Positions 19,802-28,802 of a stretch of 38,208 bases of DNA are shown here, one piece after another. The notes below the pieces were generated by a model, which saw nothing but the letters and a program-made list of their open reading frames with translations, had not been told where the DNA came from and did no database searches. Every line of letters starts with the position of its first letter. The stretch's first letter is position 1. The DNA comes from Enterobacteria phage T3. The stretch lies in the sequence record NC_003298.1. One strand, written 5' to 3'. Both the position numbers and the translations under genes were made by a program.

Positions 19802-20734
19802 ATGGCTGAATCTAATGCAGACGTTTATGCGTCCTTCGGTGTGAACAACGCGGTAATGACCGGAAGCACACCTACTGAACACGAACAGAATATGCTGAGT
19901 CTCGACGTTGCTGCCCGTGATGGCGATGATGCAATCGTGCTTAGCGATGAACCGACTTCCCATAACGATGACCCCTATGCGGCAGGTGTAGACCCGTTCG
20001 CTGATGGTGAAGATGATGAGGGCCGCATTCAGGTTCGTATCAGTGAAGATGGCAATGAAGCCGGGTTCGACACTGATGGCGATAACTCTGAGGTGGAGAC
20101 CGAAGGTGAGGACGTTGAGTTTGAACCGCTGGGTGACACCCCAGAAGAACTAAGCCAAGTGACTGAGCAATTAGGTCAGCACGAAGAAGGCTTTCAGGCG
20201 ATGGTCGAGCAGGCAGTTGAGCGTGGACTGAGCGCAGACTCTGTGAGTCGAATCTACGAAGAGTATGAAGCCGATGGCATCTCCGAGAAATCCTATGCTG
20301 AACTAGAAGCTGCTGGCTATAGTCGTGCCTTTGTGGACTCATACATCTCAGGTCAGGAAGCTCTGGTAGACCAGTACGTCAATCAGGTAGTTGCCTTTGC
20401 TGGTGGTCAGGAGCGCTTTAGTGCAATCCATACTCACCTCGAAGCGACAAACCCTGCTGCTGCTGAGTCCCTTGAGTCTGCCATGATGAACCGAGACTTG
20501 GCGACCGTCAAAGCGATTATCAATCTGGCTGGTGAGAGCTACACGAAGAAATTCGGTAAGCCTGCCAACCGTAGTGTTACCAAGCGTGCTACTCCGGTTA
20601 AACCCGTAGCTCGTCAGAAAGAGGGCTTTACGAATCAGGCTGAGATGATTAAAGCTATGAGCGACCCGCGCTATCGTAGCGATTCTGCCTACCGCCAAAT
20701 GGTAGAACAGAAGGTTATCGACTCTAGTTTCTAA
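19802..20734 (+). CDS. 9: Capsid assembly (scaffolding) protein
   Basis: 310 aa, strongly acidic N-terminal half. Confidence 0.9.
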   Translation: MAESNADVYASFGVNNAVMTGSTPTEHEQNMLSLDVAARDGDDAIVLSDEPTSHNDDPYAAGVDPFADGEDDEGRIQVRISEDGNEAGFDTDGDNSEVETEGEDVEFEPLGDTPEELSQVTEQLGQHEEGFQAMVEQAVERGLSADSVSRIYEEYEADGISEKSYAELEAAGYSRAFVDSYISGQEALVDQYVNQVVAFAGGQERFSAIHTHLEATNPAAAESLESAMMNRDLATVKAIINLAGESYTKKFGKPANRSVTKRATPVKPVARQKEGFTNQAEMIKAMSDPRYRSDSAYRQMVEQKVIDSSF

Positions 20735-20755
20735 TTAACCCTCACTAAAGGGAGA
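20733..20755 (+). promoter_or_regulatory. T3-type promoter, class III (phi10), exact consensus
   Basis: AATTAACCCTCACTAAAGGGAGA 23/23. Confidence 0.95.
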
Positions 20756-20890
20756 GACCATAGATGCCTACAATGGTTGAATCACCTGAGCACAGAACTT
20801 TGTGGTCACTCCCATAGGTGAAACATTGAGAACCAACTCGATTCAAGTAGTAACCAAACTTTTCTTTAAATTAACATAAGGAGATTCAAC

Positions 20891-21934
20891 ATGGCTAACA
20901 TTCAAGGCGGACAGCAAATTGGTACTAATCAGGGTAAGGGTCAGTCCGCAGCGGACAAATTGGCGCTGTTCCTGAAAGTGTTCGGCGGTGAAGTCCTGAC
21001 GGCTTTCGCTCGCACCTCCGTGACCATGCCTCGTCACATGCTGCGCTCTATTGCTTCTGGTAAGTCCGCACAGTTCCCTGTGATTGGTCGCACCAAAGCT
21101 GCTTACCTGAAACCGGGTGAGAACCTCGATGACAAACGTAAAGATATCAAACACACCGAGAAGGTAATCCACATTGATGGCCTGCTGACTGCGGATGTGC
21201 TGATTTACGACATTGAGGACGCGATGAACCACTATGACGTTCGCGCTGAGTACACCGCCCAGTTGGGTGAATCTCTGGCGATGGCGGCTGACGGTGCTGT
21301 ACTGGCAGAACTGGCTGGTCTTGTTAATCTGCCGGACGGCTCTAACGAGAACATTGAGGGTCTCGGTAAGCCAACCGTACTGACTCTGGTTAAGCCTACC
21401 ACTGGCAGCCTGACTGACCCGGTTGAGTTGGGTAAAGCGATTATTGCTCAGTTGACTATCGCTCGTGCATCCCTGACCAAGAACTACGTTCCGGCTGCTG
21501 ATCGCACCTTCTACACCACTCCTGACAACTACTCTGCGATTCTGGCTGCTCTGATGCCGAACGCAGCAAACTATCAGGCACTGCTCGACCCTGAGCGCGG
21601 TACTATCCGTAACGTGATGGGCTTCGAGGTGGTTGAGGTTCCGCACCTGACCGCTGGTGGTGCAGGCGATACCCGTGAGGATGCCCCGGCTGACCAGAAG
21701 CACGCTTTCCCGGCTACTTCCAGCACTACCGTTAAGGTTGCTCTGGATAACGTTGTGGGCCTGTTCCAGCACCGCTCTGCGGTTGGTACGGTCAAACTGA
21801 AAGACTTGGCTCTGGAGCGTGCTCGTCGTGCGAACTATCAGGCTGACCAGATTATCGCTAAATATGCGATGGGTCACGGCGGTCTGCGTCCAGAAGCTGC
21901 TGGCGCTATCGTGCTCCCAAAGGTGTCGGAGTAA
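20891..21934 (+). CDS. 10A: Major capsid protein 10A
   Basis: 347 aa; TAAGGAG SD; follows the strongest promoter. Confidence 0.97.
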   Translation: MANIQGGQQIGTNQGKGQSAADKLALFLKVFGGEVLTAFARTSVTMPRHMLRSIASGKSAQFPVIGRTKAAYLKPGENLDDKRKDIKHTEKVIHIDGLLTADVLIYDIEDAMNHYDVRAEYTAQLGESLAMAADGAVLAELAGLVNLPDGSNENIEGLGKPTVLTLVKPTTGSLTDPVELGKAIIAQLTIARASLTKNYVPAADRTFYTTPDNYSAILAALMPNAANYQALLDPERGTIRNVMGFEVVEVPHLTAGGAGDTREDAPADQKHAFPATSSTTVKVALDNVVGLFQHRSAVGTVKLKDLALERARRANYQADQIIAKYAMGHGGLRPEAAGAIVLPKVSE

Positions 21935-22191
21935 TTCCCGACCCCACTGGAGTTACGTTAAGTCAAAAGACCATGACGCTTGTTGAGGGTGCATCCCGTG
22001 CCCTCACAGGAACAGTCCAGCCTTCCGATGCGAATCAGTCGTTAAGCTGGTCGTCTTCTGCGGAAGATGTGGCTGTATGGGAAGCTGGAAAGGTTGTAGC
22101 CAAAGGTGTGGGAACGGCGGACATTACAGCTACTACCTCCAATGGCCTGATCGCTTCCTGTAAAGTGATTGTTAACGCCGCAACGTCTTAA
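20891..22191 (+). CDS. 10B: Minor capsid protein 10B, made by -1 ribosomal frameshift near the end of 10A
   Basis: Slippery heptamer C_CCA_AAG at 21916-21922, four codons before the 10A stop; the -1 frame is open to 22191 and adds about 90 residues. Confidence 0.7.
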
Positions 22192-22351
22192 AACACGTAG
22201 TGCCCAATTAGGGCATCATGTGGCGTGAAGCACTCTCAAGCCGCGAAGTGGCACATACGTCTGACTATGGGGACTACCAAGAGCTACGACTATCATGTGG
22301 GCAACCACCCTGAAAGCTCGTTGTGATTGGGATAACAATCTACTAATATGC

Positions 22352-22394
22352 AAACCCCTTGGGTTCCCTCTTTGGGAGTCTGAGGGGTTTTTTG
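22352..22394 (+). terminator. Late terminator (Tphi-like)
   Basis: GC-rich hairpin AACCCCTTGGG ... GAGGGGTT followed by TTTTTTG; resembles T7 Tphi from memory. Confidence 0.85.
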
Positions 22395-22417
22395 CTTTAA
22401 CCCTCACTAACAGGAGG
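22395..22417 (+). promoter_or_regulatory. T3-type promoter, class II (phi11)
   Basis: CTTTAACCCTCACTAACAGGAGG, directly abutting the terminator. Confidence 0.8.
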
Positions 22418-22424
22418 TAACATC

Positions 22425-23015
22425 ATGCGCTCTTATGAGATGAACATTGAGACCGCAGAAGAGCTATCAGCCGTCAACGACATTCTGGCTTCCATCGGTG
22501 AGCCACCAGTATCGACCCTTGAGGGTGATGCAAACGCTGATGTTGCAAATGCTCGACGTGTACTCAACAAGATTAACCGACAGATTCAGTCACGAGGATG
22601 GACATTCAACATCGAAGAGGGCGTGACTCTTCTACCAGATGCATTCTCTGGCATGATACCGTTTAGCTCTGACTATCTGTCAGTAATGGCTACAAGCGGT
22701 CAGACCCAATATGTCAACCGTGGTGGCTATCTCTATGACCGCTCTGCGAAGACTGACCGATTTCCTTCTGGTGTTCAGGTCAACCTGATTCGTCTGAGAG
22801 AGTTCGATGAGATGCCTGAGTGCTTCCGAAACTATATCGTTACCAAGGCTTCCCGCCAGTTTAACAACCGCTTCTTTGGTGCGCCGGAGGTAGACGGAGT
22901 GTTGCAGGAAGAGGAACAGGAAGCATGGAGTGCGTGCTTCGAGTACGAGCTAGACTACGGCAACTATAACATGCTGGATGGTGACGCATTCACCTCTGGT
23001 CTACTTAACCGCTAA
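22425..23015 (+). CDS. 11: Tail tubular protein A
   Basis: 196 aa, same length as T7 gp11. Confidence 0.93.
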   Translation: MRSYEMNIETAEELSAVNDILASIGEPPVSTLEGDANADVANARRVLNKINRQIQSRGWTFNIEEGVTLLPDAFSGMIPFSSDYLSVMATSGQTQYVNRGGYLYDRSAKTDRFPSGVQVNLIRLREFDEMPECFRNYIVTKASRQFNNRFFGAPEVDGVLQEEEQEAWSACFEYELDYGNYNMLDGDAFTSGLLNR

Positions 23016-23030
23016 TCATAAGGAGGCTCT

Positions 23031-25436
23031 ATGGCTCTCATTAGTCAATCAATCAAGAACCTCAAGGGTGGTATCAGTCAACAACCAGATATTCTCAGGT
23101 TCACTGAACAGGGTAGCGTACAGATTAATGGCTGGTCTTCTGAGTCAGAGGGTATCCAGAAGCGCCCACCGATGATTCACCTTAAGACCCTTGGCACTGC
23201 TGGGTATGTGGGTGCGCAACCTTACGTTCACCTCATCAACCGGGATGAGTTCGAGCAGTATTTCGTTGTGTTCACTGGTGAAGATATTAAGGTATTCGAC
23301 CTCGATGGTAAGGAGTACCAAGTCCGTGGAGACCGCTCATATGTTCGTACAGCAAACCCACGGGAAGACCTTCGGATGGTAACGGTGGCTGATTATACCT
23401 TTGTGACTAACCGCAAGGTGGTTGTGCAGAGTAACGACCAATCTGTCAACCTTCCGGGATTTAAAGACCAAGGCGATGCGCTAATTAACGTTCGAGGTGG
23501 ACAATATGGGCGTAGACTCTCAATCGAGTTCAACGGGGCTGAGCGTGCTGCTGTGCAACTACCAGACGGTTCACAACCAGCACACGTCAATGAGGTTGAC
23601 GGTCAGGCCATCGCTGAGAAGCTGGCGGCTCAGTTGCGGAATAACCTAGGGAACCCCAACAATGACCAAGACCCAAATAAGTGGCGGTTCAATGTTGGCC
23701 CCGGATTCATCCATATCCTTGCGCCAAATAACGATAACGTTTGGGGACTACAGACTAAGGATGGTTACGCAGACCAGCTAATCAACCCTGTAACCCATTA
23801 CACTCAGTCGTTCCAGAAGCTGCCTATTAACGCGCCAGATGGGTACATTGTGAAGATTGTAGGTGACACCTCCAAGACTGCCGACCAGTATTACGTTAGG
23901 TTCGACCTCAACCGTAAGGTGTGGGTAGAAACAATCGGCTGGAACACAAGGACTCACCTGCACTACCACACGATGCCTTGGGCGCTGGTACGCGCTTCTG
24001 ACGGGAACTTTGACTTCAAGTACCTTGAGTGGGGTGCTCGTACTGTTGGCGATGATACAACTAACCCATACCCTTCCTTTACCGGACAGACAATCAACGA
24101 TATTTTCTTCTTTCGTAACCGTTTAGGATTCCTTAGCGGGGAGAACATCATCTTGTCTCGCACCTCGAAATACTTCAACTTCTTCCCGGCCTCCGTGTCA
24201 AACTACTCCGACGATGACCCAATCGACGTTGCGGTTAGCCATGACCGGGTGTCAACCTTGAAGTATGCCGTTCCGTTCTCCGAAGAGTTGCTCCTGTGGT
24301 CTGACCAAGCGCAGTTCGTTCTGACAGCCTCTGATATCCTTTCGAGTCGCTCCGTAGGGTTGAACCTTACGACTCAGTTCGACGTGCAGGACAGGGCACG
24401 CCCACATGGTGTAGGGCGGAATGTATACTTTTCGTCACCTCGCGCTTCCTTCACATCCATTAACCGATACTATGCGGTACAGGATGTAAGCTCTGTGAAG
24501 AACGCAGAGGACATGACGGCTCACGTTCCGAACTACATACCGAATGGGGTATTTAGTATCTCAGGAACAACTGCTGAGAACTTCGTGGCTATCCTTACGA
24601 GCGGTGCGCCGAACCGAGTGTATATCTACAAGTTCCTCTACATTGACGAGGAAATCAGGCAGCAGTCGTGGTCTCATTGGGACTTTGGGGACAACGTTAC
24701 GGTGTTCGCAGCACAGGTCATAAACTCAACAATGACAGTATTGATGAGCAATGAACATGCTGTGTGGATGGGGCGCTTACACTTCACGAAGGACTCCATA
24801 GACCTTCCGGGAGAACCTTATAGGTTGTATATCGACGCTAAGAGAAAGTACACCATCCCTGCTGGGACGTACAACGATGATACCTACCAGACGTCAATAA
24901 GCCTCTCAACGATTTACGGGATGAACTTCACGAAGGGTAGGGTTTCGGTGGTCTTTCCTGATGGGAAGATTGTAGAGATAGACCAGCCAATCAACGGGTG
25001 GAGTAGCGACCCAATGCTGAGACTTGATGGGAACCAAGAGGGACAAGTAGTCTACATTGGGTTCAACATCCCATTCACGTATACGTTCTCGAAGTTCCTC
25101 ATCAAGAAGACCGCTGAGGACGGCTCGACGGCTACTGAGGATATCGGTCGCTTACAGCTTCGGCGTGCATGGGTAAACTATGAGGACTCTGGAGCGTTCA
25201 TCATCCGTGTGAACAACCTGTCCCGTGAGTTCATCTACACAATGGCGGGTGCACGATTGGGGTCTGACAACCTCCGTGTTGGAGGCTCAAACATTGGTAC
25301 AGGGCAGTACCGCTTCCCGGTGGTAGGCAATGCTCAGACTAACACAGTAACCATCGAGTCAGATGCGTCAACCCCATTGAACATCATTGGGTGCGGATGG
25401 GAGGGTAACTACCTGAGACGTTCTTCTGGTATTTAA
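23031..25436 (+). CDS. 12: Tail tubular protein B
   Basis: 801-aa ORF with TAAGGAGG SD. Confidence 0.93.
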   Translation: MALISQSIKNLKGGISQQPDILRFTEQGSVQINGWSSESEGIQKRPPMIHLKTLGTAGYVGAQPYVHLINRDEFEQYFVVFTGEDIKVFDLDGKEYQVRGDRSYVRTANPREDLRMVTVADYTFVTNRKVVVQSNDQSVNLPGFKDQGDALINVRGGQYGRRLSIEFNGAERAAVQLPDGSQPAHVNEVDGQAIAEKLAAQLRNNLGNPNNDQDPNKWRFNVGPGFIHILAPNNDNVWGLQTKDGYADQLINPVTHYTQSFQKLPINAPDGYIVKIVGDTSKTADQYYVRFDLNRKVWVETIGWNTRTHLHYHTMPWALVRASDGNFDFKYLEWGARTVGDDTTNPYPSFTGQTINDIFFFRNRLGFLSGENIILSRTSKYFNFFPASVSNYSDDDPIDVAVSHDRVSTLKYAVPFSEELLLWSDQAQFVLTASDILSSRSVGLNLTTQFDVQDRARPHGVGRNVYFSSPRASFTSINRYYAVQDVSSVKNAEDMTAHVPNYIPNGVFSISGTTAENFVAILTSGAPNRVYIYKFLYIDEEIRQQSWSHWDFGDNVTVFAAQVINSTMTVLMSNEHAVWMGRLHFTKDSIDLPGEPYRLYIDAKRKYTIPAGTYNDDTYQTSISLSTIYGMNFTKGRVSVVFPDGKIVEIDQPINGWSSDPMLRLDGNQEGQVVYIGFNIPFTYTFSKFLIKKTAEDGSTATEDIGRLQLRRAWVNYEDSGAFIIRVNNLSREFIYTMAGARLGSDNLRVGGSNIGTGQYRFPVVGNAQTNTVTIESDASTPLNIIGCGWEGNYLRRSSGI

Positions 25437-25456
25437 CTCAAAGTCTCCCTGCGGTG

Positions 25457-25479
25457 AATTAACCCTCACTAAAGGGAGA
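25457..25479 (+). promoter_or_regulatory. T3-type promoter, class III (phi13), exact consensus
   Basis: AATTAACCCTCACTAAAGGGAGA 23/23. Confidence 0.95.
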
Positions 25480-25495
25480 CACTAATAGATACGAA

Positions 25496-25510
25496 GGGGG
25501 GGGGGGGGGG
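25496..25510 (+). repeat. G15 homopolymer tract in the gene 13 leader
   Basis: 15 consecutive G at 25496-25510, 22 nt downstream of the phi13 +1 and 10 nt upstream of the gene 13 ATG. Confidence 0.9.
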
Positions 25511-25520
25511 TTAAAGCATT

Positions 25521-25931
25521 ATGTATATTACAAAGTGTTTACAAAGCCACGCTGACAGCTTTAAGCCGTCCATAGAGGACATTCTGGAAGCTGAGGCATT
25601 GGGTGTCGAACCTAAAGTAATTCCTGATGAGAACACTGTGGCGATGCTAAGCGATAGCGCTGTGCTGTCCATTGGTGGAAATCAGGGAGACCGAGTATGG
25701 TTCCTTACCTCTAAGTACGTCCCGCTGTTTACCTTGAAGGAGCGCTTAGAGTTTCGTAGACTTATCATTGAATATCGTGATATGATGCTGAGCCAGTACG
25801 AGTCCATTTGGAATTTCGTTTGGGTAGGCAATAAGTCACACATTCGTTTCCTAAAGACCATAGGTGCGGTATTCCATAATGAGTTTACCGCTGATGGTCA
25901 ATTTCAATTATTTACTATCAGTAGGAGGTAA
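25521..25931 (+). CDS. 13: Internal virion protein gp13
   Basis: 136-aa ORF at the gene 13 position. Confidence 0.85.
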   Translation: MYITKCLQSHADSFKPSIEDILEAEALGVEPKVIPDENTVAMLSDSAVLSIGGNQGDRVWFLTSKYVPLFTLKERLEFRRLIIEYRDMMLSQYESIWNFVWVGNKSHIRFLKTIGAVFHNEFTADGQFQLFTISRR

Positions 25932-25933
25932 CT

Positions 25934-26527
25934 ATGTGCTGGATGGCAGCGATTCCTATTGCTATGGCGGGTGCCCAAGCTCTAAGTAGCCAGAACAGTG
26001 CTGACAAGGCGCGCGTGGCACAGACAGAAGCTGGACGCCGACAGGCAATTGAGATGGTAAAAGAGATGAATATCCAAAATGCCAACGCCTCATTGGAACA
26101 ACGGGACGCCCTTGAAGCTGCATCCTCTGAGTTGACTTCACGTAACATGCAGAAGGTACAGGCTATGGGAACCATCCGTGCAGCGATTGGTGAGGGTATG
26201 CTCGAAGGTGAATCCATGAAGCGCATCAAGCGTATCGAAGAAGGCAACTACATTCGGGAGGCAAATAGTGTCACCGAGAATTACCGCCGAGACTACGCGA
26301 GTATCTTTGCGCAACAGTTGGGACGCACTCAGTCCACAGCAAGTCAAGTCGATGCAATGTACAAGAGCGAGGCCAAAGGTAAGTCTGGTCTGATGCGTGT
26401 ACTAGACCCTCTGTCCATTATGGGTCAGGAAGCTGCAAGTCAATATGCGGCTGGTGGATTTGACAAGAAAGGTGGCAACCAAGCAGCACCTATCAGTGCC
26501 GCCAAAGGAACTAAGACCGGGAGGTAA
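25934..26527 (+). CDS. 14: Internal core protein gp14
   Basis: 197 aa with AGGAGG SD. Confidence 0.88.
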   Translation: MCWMAAIPIAMAGAQALSSQNSADKARVAQTEAGRRQAIEMVKEMNIQNANASLEQRDALEAASSELTSRNMQKVQAMGTIRAAIGEGMLEGESMKRIKRIEEGNYIREANSVTENYRRDYASIFAQQLGRTQSTASQVDAMYKSEAKGKSGLMRVLDPLSIMGQEAASQYAAGGFDKKGGNQAAPISAAKGTKTGR

Positions 26528-26529
26528 TA

Positions 26530-28776
26530 ATGGCTAGTAAACTAAATAGTGTTTTAGGCAACATGGCGACTCCCGGTATGGAACGACTCAGGGGAGTCCG
26601 GGGGATGGACTACAGGGCAGCAACCATTCAGGCAGAGCAACCTAGAGCGAGTCTTCTGGACTCCATTGGTCGATTCGCTAAGGCTGGTGCCGATATGTAT
26701 ATCGCTAAGGAACAACGAGCACGCGACCTAGCTGACGAACGCTCTAACGAGATTATCCGTAAGCTGACACCTGAGCAACGTCGAGAGGCTCTCAACAATG
26801 GGACCCTTCTGTATCAGGATGACCCATACGCTATGGAAGCACTGCGAGTCAAGACTGGTCGTAACGCTGCGTACCTTGTGGACGACGACGTTATGCAGAA
26901 GGTCAAAGAAGGTGTCTTCCGTACTCGTGAGGAGATGGAACAGTATCGCCATAGTCGTCTTCAAGAGGGCGCTAAGGCATACGCTGAGCAGTTCGGTATT
27001 GACCCTGAGGACGTTGATTATCAGCGTGGTTTCAATGGGGACATTACCGAGCGTAACATCTCACTGTATGGCGCACACGATAACTTCTTGAGCCAGCAAG
27101 CTCAGAAGGGTGCCATCATGAACAGCCGAGTGGAACTCAACGGTGTCCTTCAAGACCCTGATATGCTTCGTCGCCCAGACTCTGCGGACTTCTTTGAGAA
27201 GTACATCGACAACGGTCTGGTTACCGGAGCAATCCCGTCTGACGCTCAGGCTACACAGCTTATAAGCCAAGCGCTCAGTGACGCTTCTAGCCGTGCTGGT
27301 GGTGCTGACTTCCTGATGCGAGTCGGTGACAAGAAGGTAACACTTAATGGAGCCACTACGACTTACCGAGAGTTGATGGGTGAAGAACAGTGGAATGCTC
27401 TCATGGTCACAGCACAACGTTCTCAGTTTGAGAATGACGCTAAGCTGAACGAGCAGTACCGCTTGAAGATTAACTCTGCGCTGAACCAAGAGGACCCTCG
27501 TACTGCGTGGGAGATGCTTCAAGGTATCAAGGCTGAACTCGATAAGGTTCAACCTGATGAGCAGATGACACCGCAACGTGAGTGGCTAATCTCGGCACAG
27601 GAACAAGTTCAGAATCAGATGAACGCATGGACGAAGGCTCAAGCCAAAGCTCTGGATGACTCAATGAAGTCTATGAACAAACTTGACGTAATCGACAAGC
27701 AGTTCCAGAAGCGAATCAACGGTGAGTGGGTCTCAACGGACTTCAAGGATATGCCAACAAACGAGAACACTGGTGAGTTCAAACATAGTGATATGGTTAA
27801 CTACGCCAATAAGAAGCTCGCGGAGATTGACCGCATGGACATCCCAGATAGCGCCAAGGACATGATGAAGTTGAAGTACCTTCAAGCGGACTCTAAGGAC
27901 GGGGCATTCCGTACAGCAATCGGAACTATGGTGACTGACGCTGGTCAAGAGTGGTCTGCCGCTGTGATTAACGGTAAGTTGCCAGAACGAACCCCAGCTC
28001 TGGATGCTCTACGTAGAATCCGTAATGCCGACCCCCAGTTGATTGCTGCGCTATACCCAGACCAAGCTGAGCTATTCCTGACGATGGACATGATGGACAA
28101 GCAGGGTATTGACCCTCAGGTTATTCTTGACGCTGACCGACTGACTGCCAAGCGTTCCAAAGAGCAACGATTCGAGGACGATAAAGCATTCGAGTCTGCA
28201 TTGAATAGCTCTACGGCCCCTGAGATTGCCCGTATGCCAGCGTCACTTCGTGAATCTGCACGTAAGATTTATGACTCAGTTAAGTACCGCTCTGGGAACG
28301 AAAGCATGGCTATGGAGCAGATGACCAAGTTCCTTAAGGAATCTACCTACACGTTCACTGGTGACGATGTTGACGGTGATACCATCGGTGTGATTCCTAA
28401 GAACATGATGCAAGTCAACTCTGACCCGAAATCATGGGAGCAAGGTCGCGATATTCTGGAGGAAGCACGTAAGGGAATCATTGCGAGCAACCAGTGGATA
28501 ACCAACAAGCAACTGACCATGTATTCTCAAGGTGACTCCATTTACCTCATGGACACCACTGGTCAAGTCCGCGTCCGTTATGATAAAGAGTTACTCTCGA
28601 AGGTCTGGAGTGAGAACCAGAAGAAACTCGAAGAGAAGGCTCGTGAGAAGGCTCTGGCTGATGTGAACAAGCGGGCACCTATCGTTGCCGCAACGAAGGC
28701 CCGTGAATCTGCTGCTAAACGAGTCCGAGAGAAACGTAAACAGACTCCGAAGTTCATCTATGGACGCAAGGAGTAA
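26530..28776 (+). CDS. 15: Internal core protein gp15
   Basis: 748 aa. Confidence 0.92.
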   Translation: MASKLNSVLGNMATPGMERLRGVRGMDYRAATIQAEQPRASLLDSIGRFAKAGADMYIAKEQRARDLADERSNEIIRKLTPEQRREALNNGTLLYQDDPYAMEALRVKTGRNAAYLVDDDVMQKVKEGVFRTREEMEQYRHSRLQEGAKAYAEQFGIDPEDVDYQRGFNGDITERNISLYGAHDNFLSQQAQKGAIMNSRVELNGVLQDPDMLRRPDSADFFEKYIDNGLVTGAIPSDAQATQLISQALSDASSRAGGADFLMRVGDKKVTLNGATTTYRELMGEEQWNALMVTAQRSQFENDAKLNEQYRLKINSALNQEDPRTAWEMLQGIKAELDKVQPDEQMTPQREWLISAQEQVQNQMNAWTKAQAKALDDSMKSMNKLDVIDKQFQKRINGEWVSTDFKDMPTNENTGEFKHSDMVNYANKKLAEIDRMDIPDSAKDMMKLKYLQADSKDGAFRTAIGTMVTDAGQEWSAAVINGKLPERTPALDALRRIRNADPQLIAALYPDQAELFLTMDMMDKQGIDPQVILDADRLTAKRSKEQRFEDDKAFESALNSSTAPEIARMPASLRESARKIYDSVKYRSGNESMAMEQMTKFLKESTYTFTGDDVDGDTIGVIPKNMMQVNSDPKSWEQGRDILEEARKGIIASNQWITNKQLTMYSQGDSIYLMDTTGQVRVRYDKELLSKVWSENQKKLEEKAREKALADVNKRAPIVAATKARESAAKRVREKRKQTPKFIYGRKE

Positions 28777-28802
28777 CTAAAGGCTACATAAGGAGGCCCT
28801 AA

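Noticed and set aside
20843-21877. 344-aa ORF on the minus strand, antisense to the major capsid gene
   Set aside because: T7-group genomes are transcribed from one strand only; no promoter or SD on the minus strand; it overlaps a very strongly supported + strand gene; likely a codon-bias artefact.
25496-25510. G15 tract as a frameshift or phase-variation switch within a coding region
   Set aside because: The tract is intergenic (gene 12 ends at 25436, gene 13 starts at 25521), so any effect would be on leader structure or translation initiation, not reading frame.
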